From: Nitrobacter sp. 62-13
GTDB taxonomy: Bacteria > Pseudomonadota > Alphaproteobacteria > Rhizobiales > Xanthobacteraceae
Assembly (NCBI RefSeq): GCF_001896955.1
Contig: NZ_MKRN01000176.1
Location: 8,017 to 63,932, forward strand
Length of the DNA: 55,916 nucleotides
Direction: 5' to 3'
The translations under genes and the position numbers were made by a program. This document shows positions 18,450 through 28,113 of this stretch, piece after piece (position 1 is the first letter of the stretch; each line of letters opens with the position of its first letter). The notes under the pieces were generated by a model. The model did not search any database, was not told where the DNA came from, and saw only the letters and a program-made list of their open reading frames with translations.

Positions 18450-19782
18450 TGCCATTGTCCTCGGATGTCGAGGAGTTGACAGTGCCGCCGCGTTTCGTCT
18501 CGATGTCTTCGAAGGTGCTTGCGTCGCCCTCAAGCGTTGCAGCTTTACCGGTGTAAGCCTGCCAACGACGGACGATGACATCACAGAAGCGCGGATCATA
18601 TTCGATTGCACACGCCGTGCGTCCGGTCTTTTCGGCTGCGATCAGGGTCGTGCCGCTGCCCGCGAAGGGATCGAGCACCACAGCTCCCCGTTTGGTCACG
18701 TCGCGAATGGCATCGGCAATCATCGCCGTCGGCTTAACCGTTGGATGCATCGCCAGATCGTCCGTACGACCCGCTCGAAACGTGTTTACGCCAGCGTATT
18801 CCCAAACATTCGTCCGATAGCGACCATGCTGCCCCAGCTCAAAAGTATTGACGTGAGAACCCTCGCCATTTTTGAAGACAAAACAGAGTTCATGCTTTGA
18901 TCGATAGAAACTTCCCATGCCGGCATTGTCTTTGGCCCAGACGATAAGATTCTTCAGCTCCAGGTCATTCTCGCGTCCAGCGACGGACAGCTCGAACAAG
19001 TGGCGCCAATCCATAAAGACGAATAGAATTGCAGCGGCCTGGGAATGGGCTTTAGCGTGTGAAAGGAATGTCGATAGAAATACTTTAAATTCACTCTCCG
19101 ACATTTCGCCGGATGCCATTGCAAATTCAGGATGCTGTATCTTGCCTAACCCGGAGACATGGCCCTTGATGGGAACATTATAGGGTGGATCTGTGAGAAC
19201 GAGATCGGCAGGCCTTCCTGCCAATACGCGATCGTAGTCCGCCGCATTCTGAGCGTCGCCGCATATCAGACGATGTGCTCCGAGAAGCCACAAATCGCCT
19301 GAACGCGAGACGGCGGCCCCAAAATTTTCGGGAAGTGAGTCTTCGGGACCTGGCTCGAAAGAGCTTTTCTCTGCTGCGTCGCTAAGAATACCGTCGATTT
19401 CGCCGAGCGAAAATCCTGTCAGCTCTAAATCATCAAAGCCAAGGTCGAGAAGGCCCTGCAATTCGATCGCCAGAACATCAGGATCCCAGCCCGCATTTTG
19501 CGCGAGCCGGTTGTCCGCAATCACATAGGCCCGGAGATCGGCATCGGACAAATTTTCCACGACGATGATCGGAATGGATTTGAGGCCTAGCTGCAGCGCA
19601 GCCTGCAATCGCCCATTTCCGGCGAGCGCGACGCCGTCACAAACGATCAACGGATTGATGAAGCCGAAGCGCTCGATCGATCTCGCGATCTGTTTGATCT
19701 GCTTTTTTGAGTGCGTGCGTGCGTTTCCGGCAAACGGCCTCAAACTTTGGGGTGCGACGTATTGGATCTGCGGGTTATTCAT
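18442..19782 (-). CDS. ParB-N domain fused to an amino-methylating (N6A/N4C, beta-class) DNA methyltransferase
   Basis: NARTHS..IARSIERFGF..GNGRL..ADNRL (ParB-N); DPPY, HPTVKP, DPFAGSGTT. Confidence 0.9.
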   Translation of the reverse strand: MNNPQIQYVAPQSLRPFAGNARTHSKKQIKQIARSIERFGFINPLIVCDGVALAGNGRLQAALQLGLKSIPIIVVENLSDADLRAYVIADNRLAQNAGWDPDVLAIELQGLLDLGFDDLELTGFSLGEIDGILSDAAEKSSFEPGPEDSLPENFGAAVSRSGDLWLLGAHRLICGDAQNAADYDRVLAGRPADLVLTDPPYNVPIKGHVSGLGKIQHPEFAMASGEMSESEFKVFLSTFLSHAKAHSQAAAILFVFMDWRHLFELSVAGRENDLELKNLIVWAKDNAGMGSFYRSKHELCFVFKNGEGSHVNTFELGQHGRYRTNVWEYAGVNTFRAGRTDDLAMHPTVKPTAMIADAIRDVTKRGAVVLDPFAGSGTTLIAAEKTGRTACAIEYDPRFCDVIVRRWQAYTGKAATLEGDASTFEDIETKRGGTVNSSTSEDNGNG

Positions 19783-19890
19783 ATCGATGCCTGCGATTGC
19801 TGTATCTTCAGATGACGATCTATAGATATCTAATAGATATGACAATGGGGCGTCGCATACCGTGCGCGCAAATGCTTAACGCGACCGCGG

Positions 19891-20385
19891 TTATCCTTTG
19901 ATGTGGATGTCTATGGCGTCCGTGCTCACGCCGAATTTGGCGGCCAGCCCCGCCTTGGCCTCGGCTATCGTTAAGGGCTTGACGCTAGAAGCGGCGTCCG
20001 GCGTCGGTATGCTCTGCGTGGGCGGCGGCGCAGGCTTGAATTTGAGCTTCTTTAACTCAATCCCGAGTTCTTCGAGGGTTGTATACCTGACCGGATTACG
20101 CCACTCCCATCGGCCGCGATGGCTGGGAATGGCGAATTCGCTGATCTCGAAAAACCAGCGCTGTTGACCTCGTCGGTCAAAGCCGTGCTTGCGGACAGCA
20201 CTGATTTTTCCGACCAAAAAGGCCCCACCGTGGCTTTCCGCGCCAGGCCTCTCCTTTCGGACACAGACCAGAAATTCCTGCTGCTGCACGCGTTGTTCCG
20301 CACCTACCCAAGGGCCGGAACCGCCATGTGCGAGCAGCGTCTCAAGTGATTTGCTGGTGAAAACGGCAATTGCAGAATGAGGCAA
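19891..20385 (-). CDS. Conserved-looking hypothetical protein (164 aa)
   Basis: Trp-rich beta-like core (GGSGPW, FLVGKIS, WRNPVRY) and C-terminal LTIAEAKAGLAAKFGV..IDIHIKG. Confidence 0.7.
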   Translation of the reverse strand: MPHSAIAVFTSKSLETLLAHGGSGPWVGAEQRVQQQEFLVCVRKERPGAESHGGAFLVGKISAVRKHGFDRRGQQRWFFEISEFAIPSHRGRWEWRNPVRYTTLEELGIELKKLKFKPAPPPTQSIPTPDAASSVKPLTIAEAKAGLAAKFGVSTDAIDIHIKG

Positions 20386-20503
20386 GGAAATCTCTCCGAT
20401 GTCTAACGATATCTATAGACAAAACGGAGTGAATTTAAAGGCCGGAGTGCTCCGAAAAGACTGTGTTTTTGTCTTTGTCGATCGTGTTTCTGGGGGGCGG
20501 CCT

Positions 20504-20669
20504 CCCTGTTATTCCCTGATATCCTCTTTCAATAAAATCACAGAACGTGCTGCGAGGCAGGCGTAAGTCACGATTGTCGGCATACGTTTCCCTGTTTTTT
20601 GCAGGAAATCACCCTGTTTTAGCCCAAATAACAGGGAGACCGGTTTGCATCTGACTGCGTCCGCCACCA
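20504..20669. mobile_element. Putative element end: CCCTG(T/A)T repeats plus a tRNA-3'-like motif
   Basis: CCCTGTT/CCCTGAT at 20504, 20514, 20590 and 20612, inverted AACAGGG at 20630, then GACCGGTTTGCATC..TCCGCCACCA. Confidence 0.55.
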
Positions 20670-20704
20670 CGCATTCCCGCGATCGATCGCGGCCTGGACC
20701 AGGT

Positions 20705-20962
20705 TCATGGGCCAATCAGCTTCGGCAGCGGCGCGGGTTCAACCGCGCAACGGTTGCGGTTGCCAACAAGAACACACGGATCATCTGTGCCGTGCTTCGA
20801 ACTGGCGAACCGTATCGCGCCCCTTCTGAGGACCCGCCCAGAGCTTGCGAGACGACGGAGAAATGAGCTGCGCAGGTCGGACCGGCGCGCCGGGAGCCTG
20901 AGTTTTATCGAGGCTTCAAGGCCTGCCAGCTATAGAGGCAGGCGCGAGCGGATTTCCCATTA
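20705..20962 (+). mobile_element. IS110/IS1111-family remnant: transposase 3' end plus downstream non-coding end
   Basis: WANQLRQRRGFNRATVAVANKNTRIICAVLRTGEPY; followed by CAGGTCGGACCGG..CCTG..GCGAGCGGATTTCC. Confidence 0.75.
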
Positions 20963-21017
20963 TCTCGCGTATGCATCCGGGCACGGGCGCCTCTTTAAAC
21001 GATTGTGGCGAGTTAAA

Positions 21018-21052
21018 CCGGCTGGCTGAATCATCCAGCCGGATTTTCTTTT
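21018..21052 (+). terminator. Rho-independent terminator-like hairpin
   Basis: CCGGCTGG/CCAGCCGG stem followed by ATTTTCTTTT. Confidence 0.6.
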
Positions 21053-21091
21053 CGAGAATTAGCTCCCGCTTTGCCGTTCGGCATGCGGCCA

Positions 21092-21487
21092 TCAATACGG
21101 ATATTGATTAGAACAAACTACATTACCGTAGGCGTCGCGGTAACAACCATTATTGTAATAGTTGTAGCCGTAGGCACCTACTGCAGCGGCACCGACGGCT
21201 GCCGCACCGTAGGCTGCACCTCTATAGGCACCGCGATAAGCCGCGCCTCGATAGACTCCCCGGGCAGCCGCTGTGCGGGCTAACGGCGCGCGGGCGATTG
21301 GACGGGATACATGAGCGTGTCTTCCAGCATGGACAGCCCCGCCCCGGAAGTGGGCCCTATGCATTCCTCCCCCATGGAAGCCACCGCCACGAAAGCCGCC
21401 GCCACGGCGAGCGAGGGCGGTATCGGGAAGCAGACTCGAGGCAACAAGAACAACTATGGCTAGACCAGCAAGAGCATAACGAAACAT
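21092..21487 (-). CDS. Secreted Gly/Arg/Tyr-rich low-complexity protein
   Basis: Signal peptide, GGGFRGGGFHGGG, YRGAAY repeats, C-terminal Cys pair; GAGGAGG RBS. Confidence 0.8.
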   Translation of the reverse strand: MFRYALAGLAIVVLVASSLLPDTALARRGGGFRGGGFHGGGMHRAHFRGGAVHAGRHAHVSRPIARAPLARTAAARGVYRGAAYRGAYRGAAYGAAAVGAAAVGAYGYNYYNNGCYRDAYGNVVCSNQYPY

Positions 21488-21558
21488 GGCGTCCTCCTCA
21501 CGACTAGCTGTCGTAATTTCGTCCTAAGGAAGATTTCTGGCTCAAACGGGCTCGGTGC

Positions 21559-21572
21559 TTGACCTAGATCAA
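21559..21572. promoter_or_regulatory. FixK/FNR box
   Basis: TTGACCTAGATCAA upstream of the 21487 start. Confidence 0.8.
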
Positions 21573-21842
21573 TGGAACACCGAAAATTATCCGCAAGGAG
21601 TCCCGCTGCCGAATTGCCCCAAGCGTTCACCCAAACATTATCTATCAGGACAATCCATAGGTGCCGGCGGCTCGCGCTAGGAAAGCACGCGCGCGGTGGT
21701 TGACAGACGAACGAACTCCAACCAAGGGATGGTCGAGCGTTCGATGCGTGACCGGCTACAGAGTGCAGCAAGGAGATGCTTTCTGCCTTCAGTGTGCGAG
21801 GCTTTCTTTTCAATGCCGCGCTTCCCGTTCTGGAAACGCTTT

Positions 21843-22364
21843 CTAGGAGAGCTTCAGAACCAGATGAAGTGTCTGAGGGTCTTGGTGGGCGGTACTCGTG
21901 AAGCCGAATTTTTCGAATACTTTTCTCATTGCGGCGTTCCCGAGCAGAACGTCAGCCGTTAATTCTTGTAACCCGGCGTCGCGCGCGAGCTTAATGAGAT
22001 GACGCATCAGAACTGAGCCGACGCCTCGTCCCTGCCAAGCGTCGACAACGACAAATGCCATCTCGGCCCGCCCATGCTCGAAAACAATATACCTGCCGCC
22101 TCCGGCGATCACCTTGCGGCCGGCGTCTTCTGTGACCGCGACGATCGCGACATGGTTCCTGAAGTCAACGTTCATGAAGAAGGTCCGCTCCTTCTCCGAG
22201 AAGTGGCGCTTCGTAACGAAGAAGCGACGCTGGAGCGATTGCGCACTGGTCCTTTCAATAGCGGCGAGCATGGCGGCTTCGTCTTCCTGCCAAAGGGCGC
22301 GGATTTCGACCGGGCTGCCGTCGCGCAGAAATTCGCGTGCAGTGTAGTTGATGGCTTTAGTCAT
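21843..22364 (-). CDS. Stand-alone GNAT acetyltransferase (Pat-type GNAT domain)
   Basis: LRDGSPVEIRAL..RRFF, AEMAFVVVDAWQGRGVG, NAAMRKVFEKFGF. Confidence 0.85.
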   Translation of the reverse strand: MTKAINYTAREFLRDGSPVEIRALWQEDEAAMLAAIERTSAQSLQRRFFVTKRHFSEKERTFFMNVDFRNHVAIVAVTEDAGRKVIAGGGRYIVFEHGRAEMAFVVVDAWQGRGVGSVLMRHLIKLARDAGLQELTADVLLGNAAMRKVFEKFGFTSTAHQDPQTLHLVLKLS

Positions 22365-22434
22365 TGGTGCCGGCAAACAAGGGCGGTATTCGATCGGAAT
22401 CGCCAATTGGAGCCTTAAGCCAACCCGCGGCCGT

Positions 22435-22448
22435 TTGATTTGGATCAA
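22435..22448. promoter_or_regulatory. FixK/FNR box between divergent genes
   Basis: TTGATTTGGATCAA. Confidence 0.85.
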
Positions 22449-22499
22449 GCCTATGATGTGAGAGCCGCGGGTAGTTTGGCGACGATATGCCCGCCCCAG

Positions 22500-23597
22500 A
22501 TGAAAGGTGCTTCCTTGAAAACCTTTCGCCAGTACCTGCCCGGAGACGACGTCATTCAGCTCGTGATCCGCCTCGGGTTGCTCGCTTTCCTCATTTACTG
22601 GACGTTTATTCTGATCCGTCCCTTCGTGCCTATCCTGGCCTGGAGCATCGTACTCGCCGTCGCGCTTTATCCCGTTTTCAATTTCCTTTCCAGGCTTCTC
22701 GGCGGCCGTCCAAAGCTCGCAGCGACAATTCTCACTCTTATCAATCTCGCAATTGTCGTCGGACCAGCAGCATGGCTTGGCTTAAGTGCCTTGAACGGGG
22801 TGAAAGAGTTCGCTGGAAATCTGGGTGCTGGTAACCTGGTGATTCCATCCCCGCCGGAGATCGTTAACACCTGGCCGCTCATCGGCCCAAATCTTTACGA
22901 ATTCTGGAACCAGGCGTCCGGCAATATTCGAGCCGCTGTGCGCGAAGTGGCTCCTTATCTGAAGCCATTGGCAGGGGTTTTGCTGGCTCTTGCCGGCAAC
23001 GCCGGCGTGGGCATGCTGAAGTTCATTCTGTCCGTAGCGCTGGCCGGGTTTCTCTTCCCCTACGGCTCACAGCTTGTAGATGCTGGCAAGCATTTCCTCT
23101 ATCGCATCGTGCCTGAGCAGAGTGAACATTTCCTCGAACTGGCGGGCGCGACCATCCGTGCGGTGTCTCAGGGTGTCATCGGCGTCGCAATCATCCAATC
23201 CCTATTGGCCGGCATCGGTTTCAAGCTGGCGGGTATTTCAAGCGCCGGCTTGTTGGCCTTCGCGGTTATGATCCTGTCGATCATTCAAGTCGGCGCCGCA
23301 ATCGTCCTGGTTCCCGTGATCATTTGGATCTGGACGGACAAGGATTTCACCACGGCGCTACTGCTGACGGTTTTACTTGGTTTTGTCGGCGTACTTGACA
23401 ACATCTTGAAGCCGCTCGTGATGAAGCGCGGCCTGACGACCCCCACACTTGTCATTTTAGTCGGGGTGATCGGAGGAACGCTCGCGCATGGAATTGTCGG
23501 CCTTTTCGTGGGACCGATCATTCTCTCTCTGGCCTGGGAATTGACGGTGGCCTGGATACATAGCGGACGCGCCGATACCGCGTCCTCGCCAGACTGA
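22500..23597 (+). CDS. AI-2E family transporter
   Basis: Multi-TM protein; LDNILKP and GVIGG..GIVGLFVGP motifs. Confidence 0.85.
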   Translation: MKGASLKTFRQYLPGDDVIQLVIRLGLLAFLIYWTFILIRPFVPILAWSIVLAVALYPVFNFLSRLLGGRPKLAATILTLINLAIVVGPAAWLGLSALNGVKEFAGNLGAGNLVIPSPPEIVNTWPLIGPNLYEFWNQASGNIRAAVREVAPYLKPLAGVLLALAGNAGVGMLKFILSVALAGFLFPYGSQLVDAGKHFLYRIVPEQSEHFLELAGATIRAVSQGVIGVAIIQSLLAGIGFKLAGISSAGLLAFAVMILSIIQVGAAIVLVPVIIWIWTDKDFTTALLLTVLLGFVGVLDNILKPLVMKRGLTTPTLVILVGVIGGTLAHGIVGLFVGPIILSLAWELTVAWIHSGRADTASSPD

Positions 23598-23607
23598 TTG
23601 TCGAACG

Positions 23608-23621
23608 TTGACTTAGATCAA
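23608..23621. promoter_or_regulatory. FixK/FNR box
   Basis: TTGACTTAGATCAA upstream of the DUF3141 operon. Confidence 0.85.
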
Positions 23622-23668
23622 TGCTCCTCGTCGCGGAGTTGGTTGACTGAATCCGCGAGGGTCAAAAC

Positions 23669-25894
23669 ATGCCGATGGATAGCGCAACGCCGCGGCGCGG
23701 TCCCATGTCTGGATTTGTCGCCTCGGCGATAGAGTACATGATGGACGCGGGTCAACGCAGCGTTCTGTTCCTGGACGTCTTGCGGCGACGCGGAGATCAG
23801 TATCGAGAACACGCCGCGCAAGCCGCGCCGCATGTTCTGCAATATGCCGCCGAACTGATCATCGATGGCCGTGAACTGGATGAGCCGGTAAATTATGTGC
23901 TCGTGCGCATTATTCCGCCCAAAGACATTGAAATTGATTCCGATCGGCGACCATTCATCGTGGTCGATCCCCGTGCCGGACATGGTCCCGGAATCGGAGG
24001 ATTCAAGGCAGACAGCGAAATCGGCGTTGCGATGAAAGCGGGGCATCCGTGCTATTTCATCGGCTTCCTGCCTCAGCCGATGCCCGCACAAACAATCGAG
24101 AAAATCGCGCGCGCCGAAGCCCTGTTTATCGAGAAAGTCATCAGCCTTCATCCGAAAGCCGACGGCAAACCGTGTGTTATCGGGAATTGCCAGGCCGGCT
24201 GGGCCGTCGTGATCCTGGCGTCGCTGCGACCCGAACTGTTCGGTCCCGTCATCATCGCTGGCGCGCCGCTTGCCTATTGGGCGGGCGTGCATGGCAAATA
24301 CCCGATGCGCTACCTGGGTGGTCTGCTGGGAGGAAGCTGGCTGACTGCGCTGACGAGCGATCTCGGGGCCGGAAAATTCGACGGCGCGTGGCTCGTACAA
24401 AACTTCGAAAGCCAGAACCCATCGAATACACTGTGGACCAAACAATACAACGTCTACTCAAAGGTCGATACTGAGGCCGAGCGATATCTCGACTTCGAAC
24501 GCTGGTGGGGCGGGCACGTCAATCTGAACGCTGAGGAAATCCAATTCATCGTCGACGAACTGTTCGTTGGCAACAACCTCGCTGCCGGTCGTATCAGGAT
24601 GTCTGATGGTCAAGCGGTCGACCTGCGTAATATCAGATCACCGATCGTGGTGTTCTGCTCCAAGGGAGATAATATTACCCCGCCGCAGCAGGCGTTGGAC
24701 TGGATTCTCGATCTCTATGCGGACGTGGACGAAATCAGGGCCTACGGTCAAACGATCGTCTACACGATTCACGAGAGCGTCGGCCATCTCGGCATTTTCG
24801 TTTCCGGCGGCATTGCCAAGAAAGAACACGCGGAATTTTCCAGCAATATCGATTTGATCGATATTTTGCCACCCGGTCTCTACGAAGCGGTTTTCGAAGC
24901 CAAAGACGCCGACACGACGAATGCCGACCTTGCTGTCGGTCAGTGGGTCATGCGTTGCGAGGCGCGGACGCTTGATGACATCCGTGCCATGGGCGGCAAT
25001 TCGTTCGAGGATGAACGTCGGTTTGCCACTGCCAAACGCGTATCGGAAATCAATCTGGCCGCTTACCGGAGATTTATGCAGCCTTGGATTAAAGGCGCGG
25101 TGACTCCGCAGGTGGCGGAATTGATGCGCAATCTGCACCCATTGCGGCTTCAATATGAAGCGTTCGGCAGCCACAATCCGTTCATGTCTGCGATAAAGGC
25201 GGTGGCGGAGCAGACAAAAGAGGATCGGAAACAGGTCTCGACGGACAATCCCTTCGTTGCCTTTCAGGAGCAGGTCTCCAAGCAAATCGTGCACGCTTTG
25301 GACATTTGGCGGGATTCGCAGGAGGCCCTGAGCGAGGCGACTTTTCTTGCAGTCTATGGCTCGCCGGCATTGCAAGCGGCAGTCGGAATCGATCTGCAAT
25401 CCGTTCCGTCACGCCGGCAGGAGATGTCTGCTGCACACCGAGAAATGCTCAATAGGCGTATCGTCGAGCTGAAATCCAAAATCGGTGAAGGTGGACTTCG
25501 CGAAGCGGCCATTCGCAGTCTGCTATATGTCGGGTCGGCGAGAGGAATGGTGGATGAGCGTAGCCTGGAAGCGATGCGTAACGTCCGCCGGAGCAACGCC
25601 GGTGCGCGGCTGACGTTGACCGAGTTCAAAATGCTGGTCCGGGAGCAGTTCTTTATGCTTCTGCTCGATCAGGAAGGGGCGTTGACCGCGATACCGAAAC
25701 TGTTGCCCGACGATGCAAGCATGCGTCAAGCGACTTTCCTGACAATCGGCGAAGTGCTGTCCGCCAGTGCGGCAGTTTCGGGTGAAGCCGCAAAGCGCCT
25801 GAAGCGTGTTGCGGAACTTTTCGGCGTCAACGCAGACGAGGTCTCGGACAAGGTGTCGAACCTCGCTCGCTTCGATCAGGCGAAGGCATCGTAG
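23669..25894 (+). CDS. DUF3141 family protein (PHA synthase/depolymerase-like alpha/beta hydrolase)
   Basis: DPRAGHGPGIGGFK, nucleophile elbow GNCQAG, GDNITPP, GHLGIF. Confidence 0.85.
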   Translation: MPMDSATPRRGPMSGFVASAIEYMMDAGQRSVLFLDVLRRRGDQYREHAAQAAPHVLQYAAELIIDGRELDEPVNYVLVRIIPPKDIEIDSDRRPFIVVDPRAGHGPGIGGFKADSEIGVAMKAGHPCYFIGFLPQPMPAQTIEKIARAEALFIEKVISLHPKADGKPCVIGNCQAGWAVVILASLRPELFGPVIIAGAPLAYWAGVHGKYPMRYLGGLLGGSWLTALTSDLGAGKFDGAWLVQNFESQNPSNTLWTKQYNVYSKVDTEAERYLDFERWWGGHVNLNAEEIQFIVDELFVGNNLAAGRIRMSDGQAVDLRNIRSPIVVFCSKGDNITPPQQALDWILDLYADVDEIRAYGQTIVYTIHESVGHLGIFVSGGIAKKEHAEFSSNIDLIDILPPGLYEAVFEAKDADTTNADLAVGQWVMRCEARTLDDIRAMGGNSFEDERRFATAKRVSEINLAAYRRFMQPWIKGAVTPQVAELMRNLHPLRLQYEAFGSHNPFMSAIKAVAEQTKEDRKQVSTDNPFVAFQEQVSKQIVHALDIWRDSQEALSEATFLAVYGSPALQAAVGIDLQSVPSRRQEMSAAHREMLNRRIVELKSKIGEGGLREAAIRSLLYVGSARGMVDERSLEAMRNVRRSNAGARLTLTEFKMLVREQFFMLLLDQEGALTAIPKLLPDDASMRQATFLTIGEVLSASAAVSGEAAKRLKRVAELFGVNADEVSDKVSNLARFDQAKAS

Positions 25895-25921
25895 CGTCAA
25901 TCGGAAAGATCCGGAGGGAAC

Positions 25922-26893
25922 ATGAACGCCATGCCAGTTGATACAGTAAAAGCGCGTTCTCCCAGCAAGTATGACCGTCTGATCGCCGCGGCCAAGGCGG
26001 CGCCGCCAACACCGACCATCGTCGTGTATCCCTGCGATGAAACCTCGCTGCGTGGTGTCATCGACAGTGCGTCGGCAGGCATCATCCGGCCGACGCTGGT
26101 CGGGCCTGAAGCAAAAATCAGGGATACGGCCGGCAAGTGTGGCCTAGACATCTCCGGCTTCAAGATTGTGGATGCGGCGCACAGCGAGGCTGCGGCTGCA
26201 AAGGGCGTTGAACTCATCCATGCTGCCGCGGGCGAGATGTTGATGAAGGGCAGCCTGCATACCGACGAACTCATGCGCAGCATTACGGCGAAGGTGGGCG
26301 GGCTGCGAACGAACCGGCGGATCAGCCACGTGTTCGTAATGGACGTGCCGGCCTATGCCGAAACGCTATTTGTGACGGACGCGGCCATCAACATTTTTCC
26401 CGATCTCGATGCCAAGCGCGACATCATTCAGAACGCCATTGATCTCTATACGCAAACCGGCTTTGGAAAATCGCCTCGCGTGGCGATCCTGTCGGCGGTT
26501 GAAACCGTTACTTCCAGTATTCCGTCTACGATCGAAGCTGCGGCGCTCTGTAAAATGGCCGATCGTGGGCAGATCACTGGCGGCGTGCTCGATGGACCTC
26601 TCGCCTTCGATAACGCTATCGATGCGGAAGCGGCACGGATCAAGGGAATCAGGTCCGAGGTTGCCGGACGAGCGCAGATCCTGCTCGTGCCCGACCTCGA
26701 GGCCGGCAATATGCTGGCGAAAAATCTCGCCTATTTCGCCAAGGCGGATAGCGCCGGCATCGTGCTCGGTGCCCGGGTACCTGTCGTTCTGACGTCACGT
26801 GCAGACTCGGCGCGCGCTCGGATGGCTTCCTGCGCAGTCGGGGCTCTCTATGCGAATGCAAGGCGCCAGCAGGCTCCAACAGTTGCTGCGTGA
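25922..26893 (+). CDS. pta: Phosphate acetyl/butyryltransferase
   Basis: [45 protein letters not shown]. Confidence 0.9.
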   Translation: MNAMPVDTVKARSPSKYDRLIAAAKAAPPTPTIVVYPCDETSLRGVIDSASAGIIRPTLVGPEAKIRDTAGKCGLDISGFKIVDAAHSEAAAAKGVELIHAAAGEMLMKGSLHTDELMRSITAKVGGLRTNRRISHVFVMDVPAYAETLFVTDAAINIFPDLDAKRDIIQNAIDLYTQTGFGKSPRVAILSAVETVTSSIPSTIEAAALCKMADRGQITGGVLDGPLAFDNAIDAEAARIKGIRSEVAGRAQILLVPDLEAGNMLAKNLAYFAKADSAGIVLGARVPVVLTSRADSARARMASCAVGALYANARRQQAPTVAA

Positions 26894-28113
26894 TCGCCAT
26901 GGATACCATCTTCGTCGTCAATGCAGGCTCCTCGAGCGTCAAGTTCCAGATCTTTTCGATCGAAGGGGAAGGGAGATTGCGGCGGCAGATCAAGGGCCAG
27001 ATGGATGGCATTGGCCGTCGTCCTCGTCTGCGGGCGAGCGGCGTGGAAGGCGAACCACTGGCCGACCGCGCCTATCCGATCGAATCGGTTTCGGACGTCC
27101 CAGCCGCAATGAGCGTCGTCGGCGGATGGCTGCGCAATGAAATCCGCGTTAGCCCGATCGCAGTCGGTCATCGCGTCGTTCACGGTGGACCGGATTTCAG
27201 CGAGCCAGTGCTGATCGACCACGGTGTCGTAGCCCGACTGGAGCGGTTCGTGGCGCTTGCCCCGCTTCATCAGCCGCATAACCTGGCTCCGATCCGGTCG
27301 CTTCTCGCCAATTTTCCAAAACTCCCACAGGTGGCTTGTTTTGATACTGCGTTTCACCGCACGCATGACGCTGTCTCTGACTACTATGCAATTCCATACC
27401 AATTATATGCCGAGGGCGTCCGGCGTTACGGCTTTCATGGTCTTTCATATGAATATGTCGCGAAAACGTTAGCGCATATCGCCCCTGAAATTGCCAAGGG
27501 GCTGGTGATTGTCGCTCATCTCGGGAGCGGAGCCTCCATGTGCGCATTGAAGGGAGGACGCAGCGTCGAGAGTACCATGGGGTTCACGGCACTCGACGGG
27601 CTACCCATGGGAACGCGTCCGGGACAACTCGACCCCGGTGTCGTGCTCTATCTCATATCGGAACTAAAAATGTCGGCCTCGGACGTACAGAAATTCCTCT
27701 ACGGCGATTGCGGATTGAAGGGACTCTCAGGCGTCAGCAATGATATGCGCGAACTAGAGGCAAGTGAGGATAAAAGGGCAAAACTGGCCGTCGAGTATTT
27801 CGTCCATCGGATTTGCCTCAACGCCGGCATGCTTGCGGCCGCGTTGCAGGGGCTGGACGCTTTTGTCTTTACAGCCGGCATCGGGGAAAACTCGACAGGC
27901 ATTCGGGCGCGCGTCGCCGATCAACTGGGTTGGCTTGGCGTGACGCTGGATCCGACCGCGAATTCTCGCCACGCGCGCCTGATATCCGGCTCCGACAGCC
28001 TCGTTCCGGTCTACGTCATACCAACCGACGAGGAATTGATGATCGCGCAGCACACATTGGCGTTGCTGATGGGTGCACCAACCTCGAGTGCCAGGCAGGA
28101 GAGAGTGCCATAA
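26890..28113 (+). CDS. ackA: Acetate/propionate kinase
   Basis: [56 protein letters not shown]. Confidence 0.95.
   Translation: MIAMDTIFVVNAGSSSVKFQIFSIEGEGRLRRQIKGQMDGIGRRPRLRASGVEGEPLADRAYPIESVSDVPAAMSVVGGWLRNEIRVSPIAVGHRVVHGGPDFSEPVLIDHGVVARLERFVALAPLHQPHNLAPIRSLLANFPKLPQVACFDTAFHRTHDAVSDYYAIPYQLYAEGVRRYGFHGLSYEYVAKTLAHIAPEIAKGLVIVAHLGSGASMCALKGGRSVESTMGFTALDGLPMGTRPGQLDPGVVLYLISELKMSASDVQKFLYGDCGLKGLSGVSNDMRELEASEDKRAKLAVEYFVHRICLNAGMLAAALQGLDAFVFTAGIGENSTGIRARVADQLGWLGVTLDPTANSRHARLISGSDSLVPVYVIPTDEELMIAQHTLALLMGAPTSSARQERVP

Noticed and set aside
16514-20385. Intact prophage or gene transfer agent
   Set aside because: No portal, capsid, tail, lysis or integrase genes in the window
20636-20669. 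Functional tRNA gene
   Set aside because: Only a degenerate 3' portion; no D-arm, anticodon arm or matching 5' acceptor strand
27813-28109. 99-aa N-terminal extension of FabI in the ORF track
   Set aside because: Overlaps ackA out of frame and is not protein-like; FabI similarity begins near 28110
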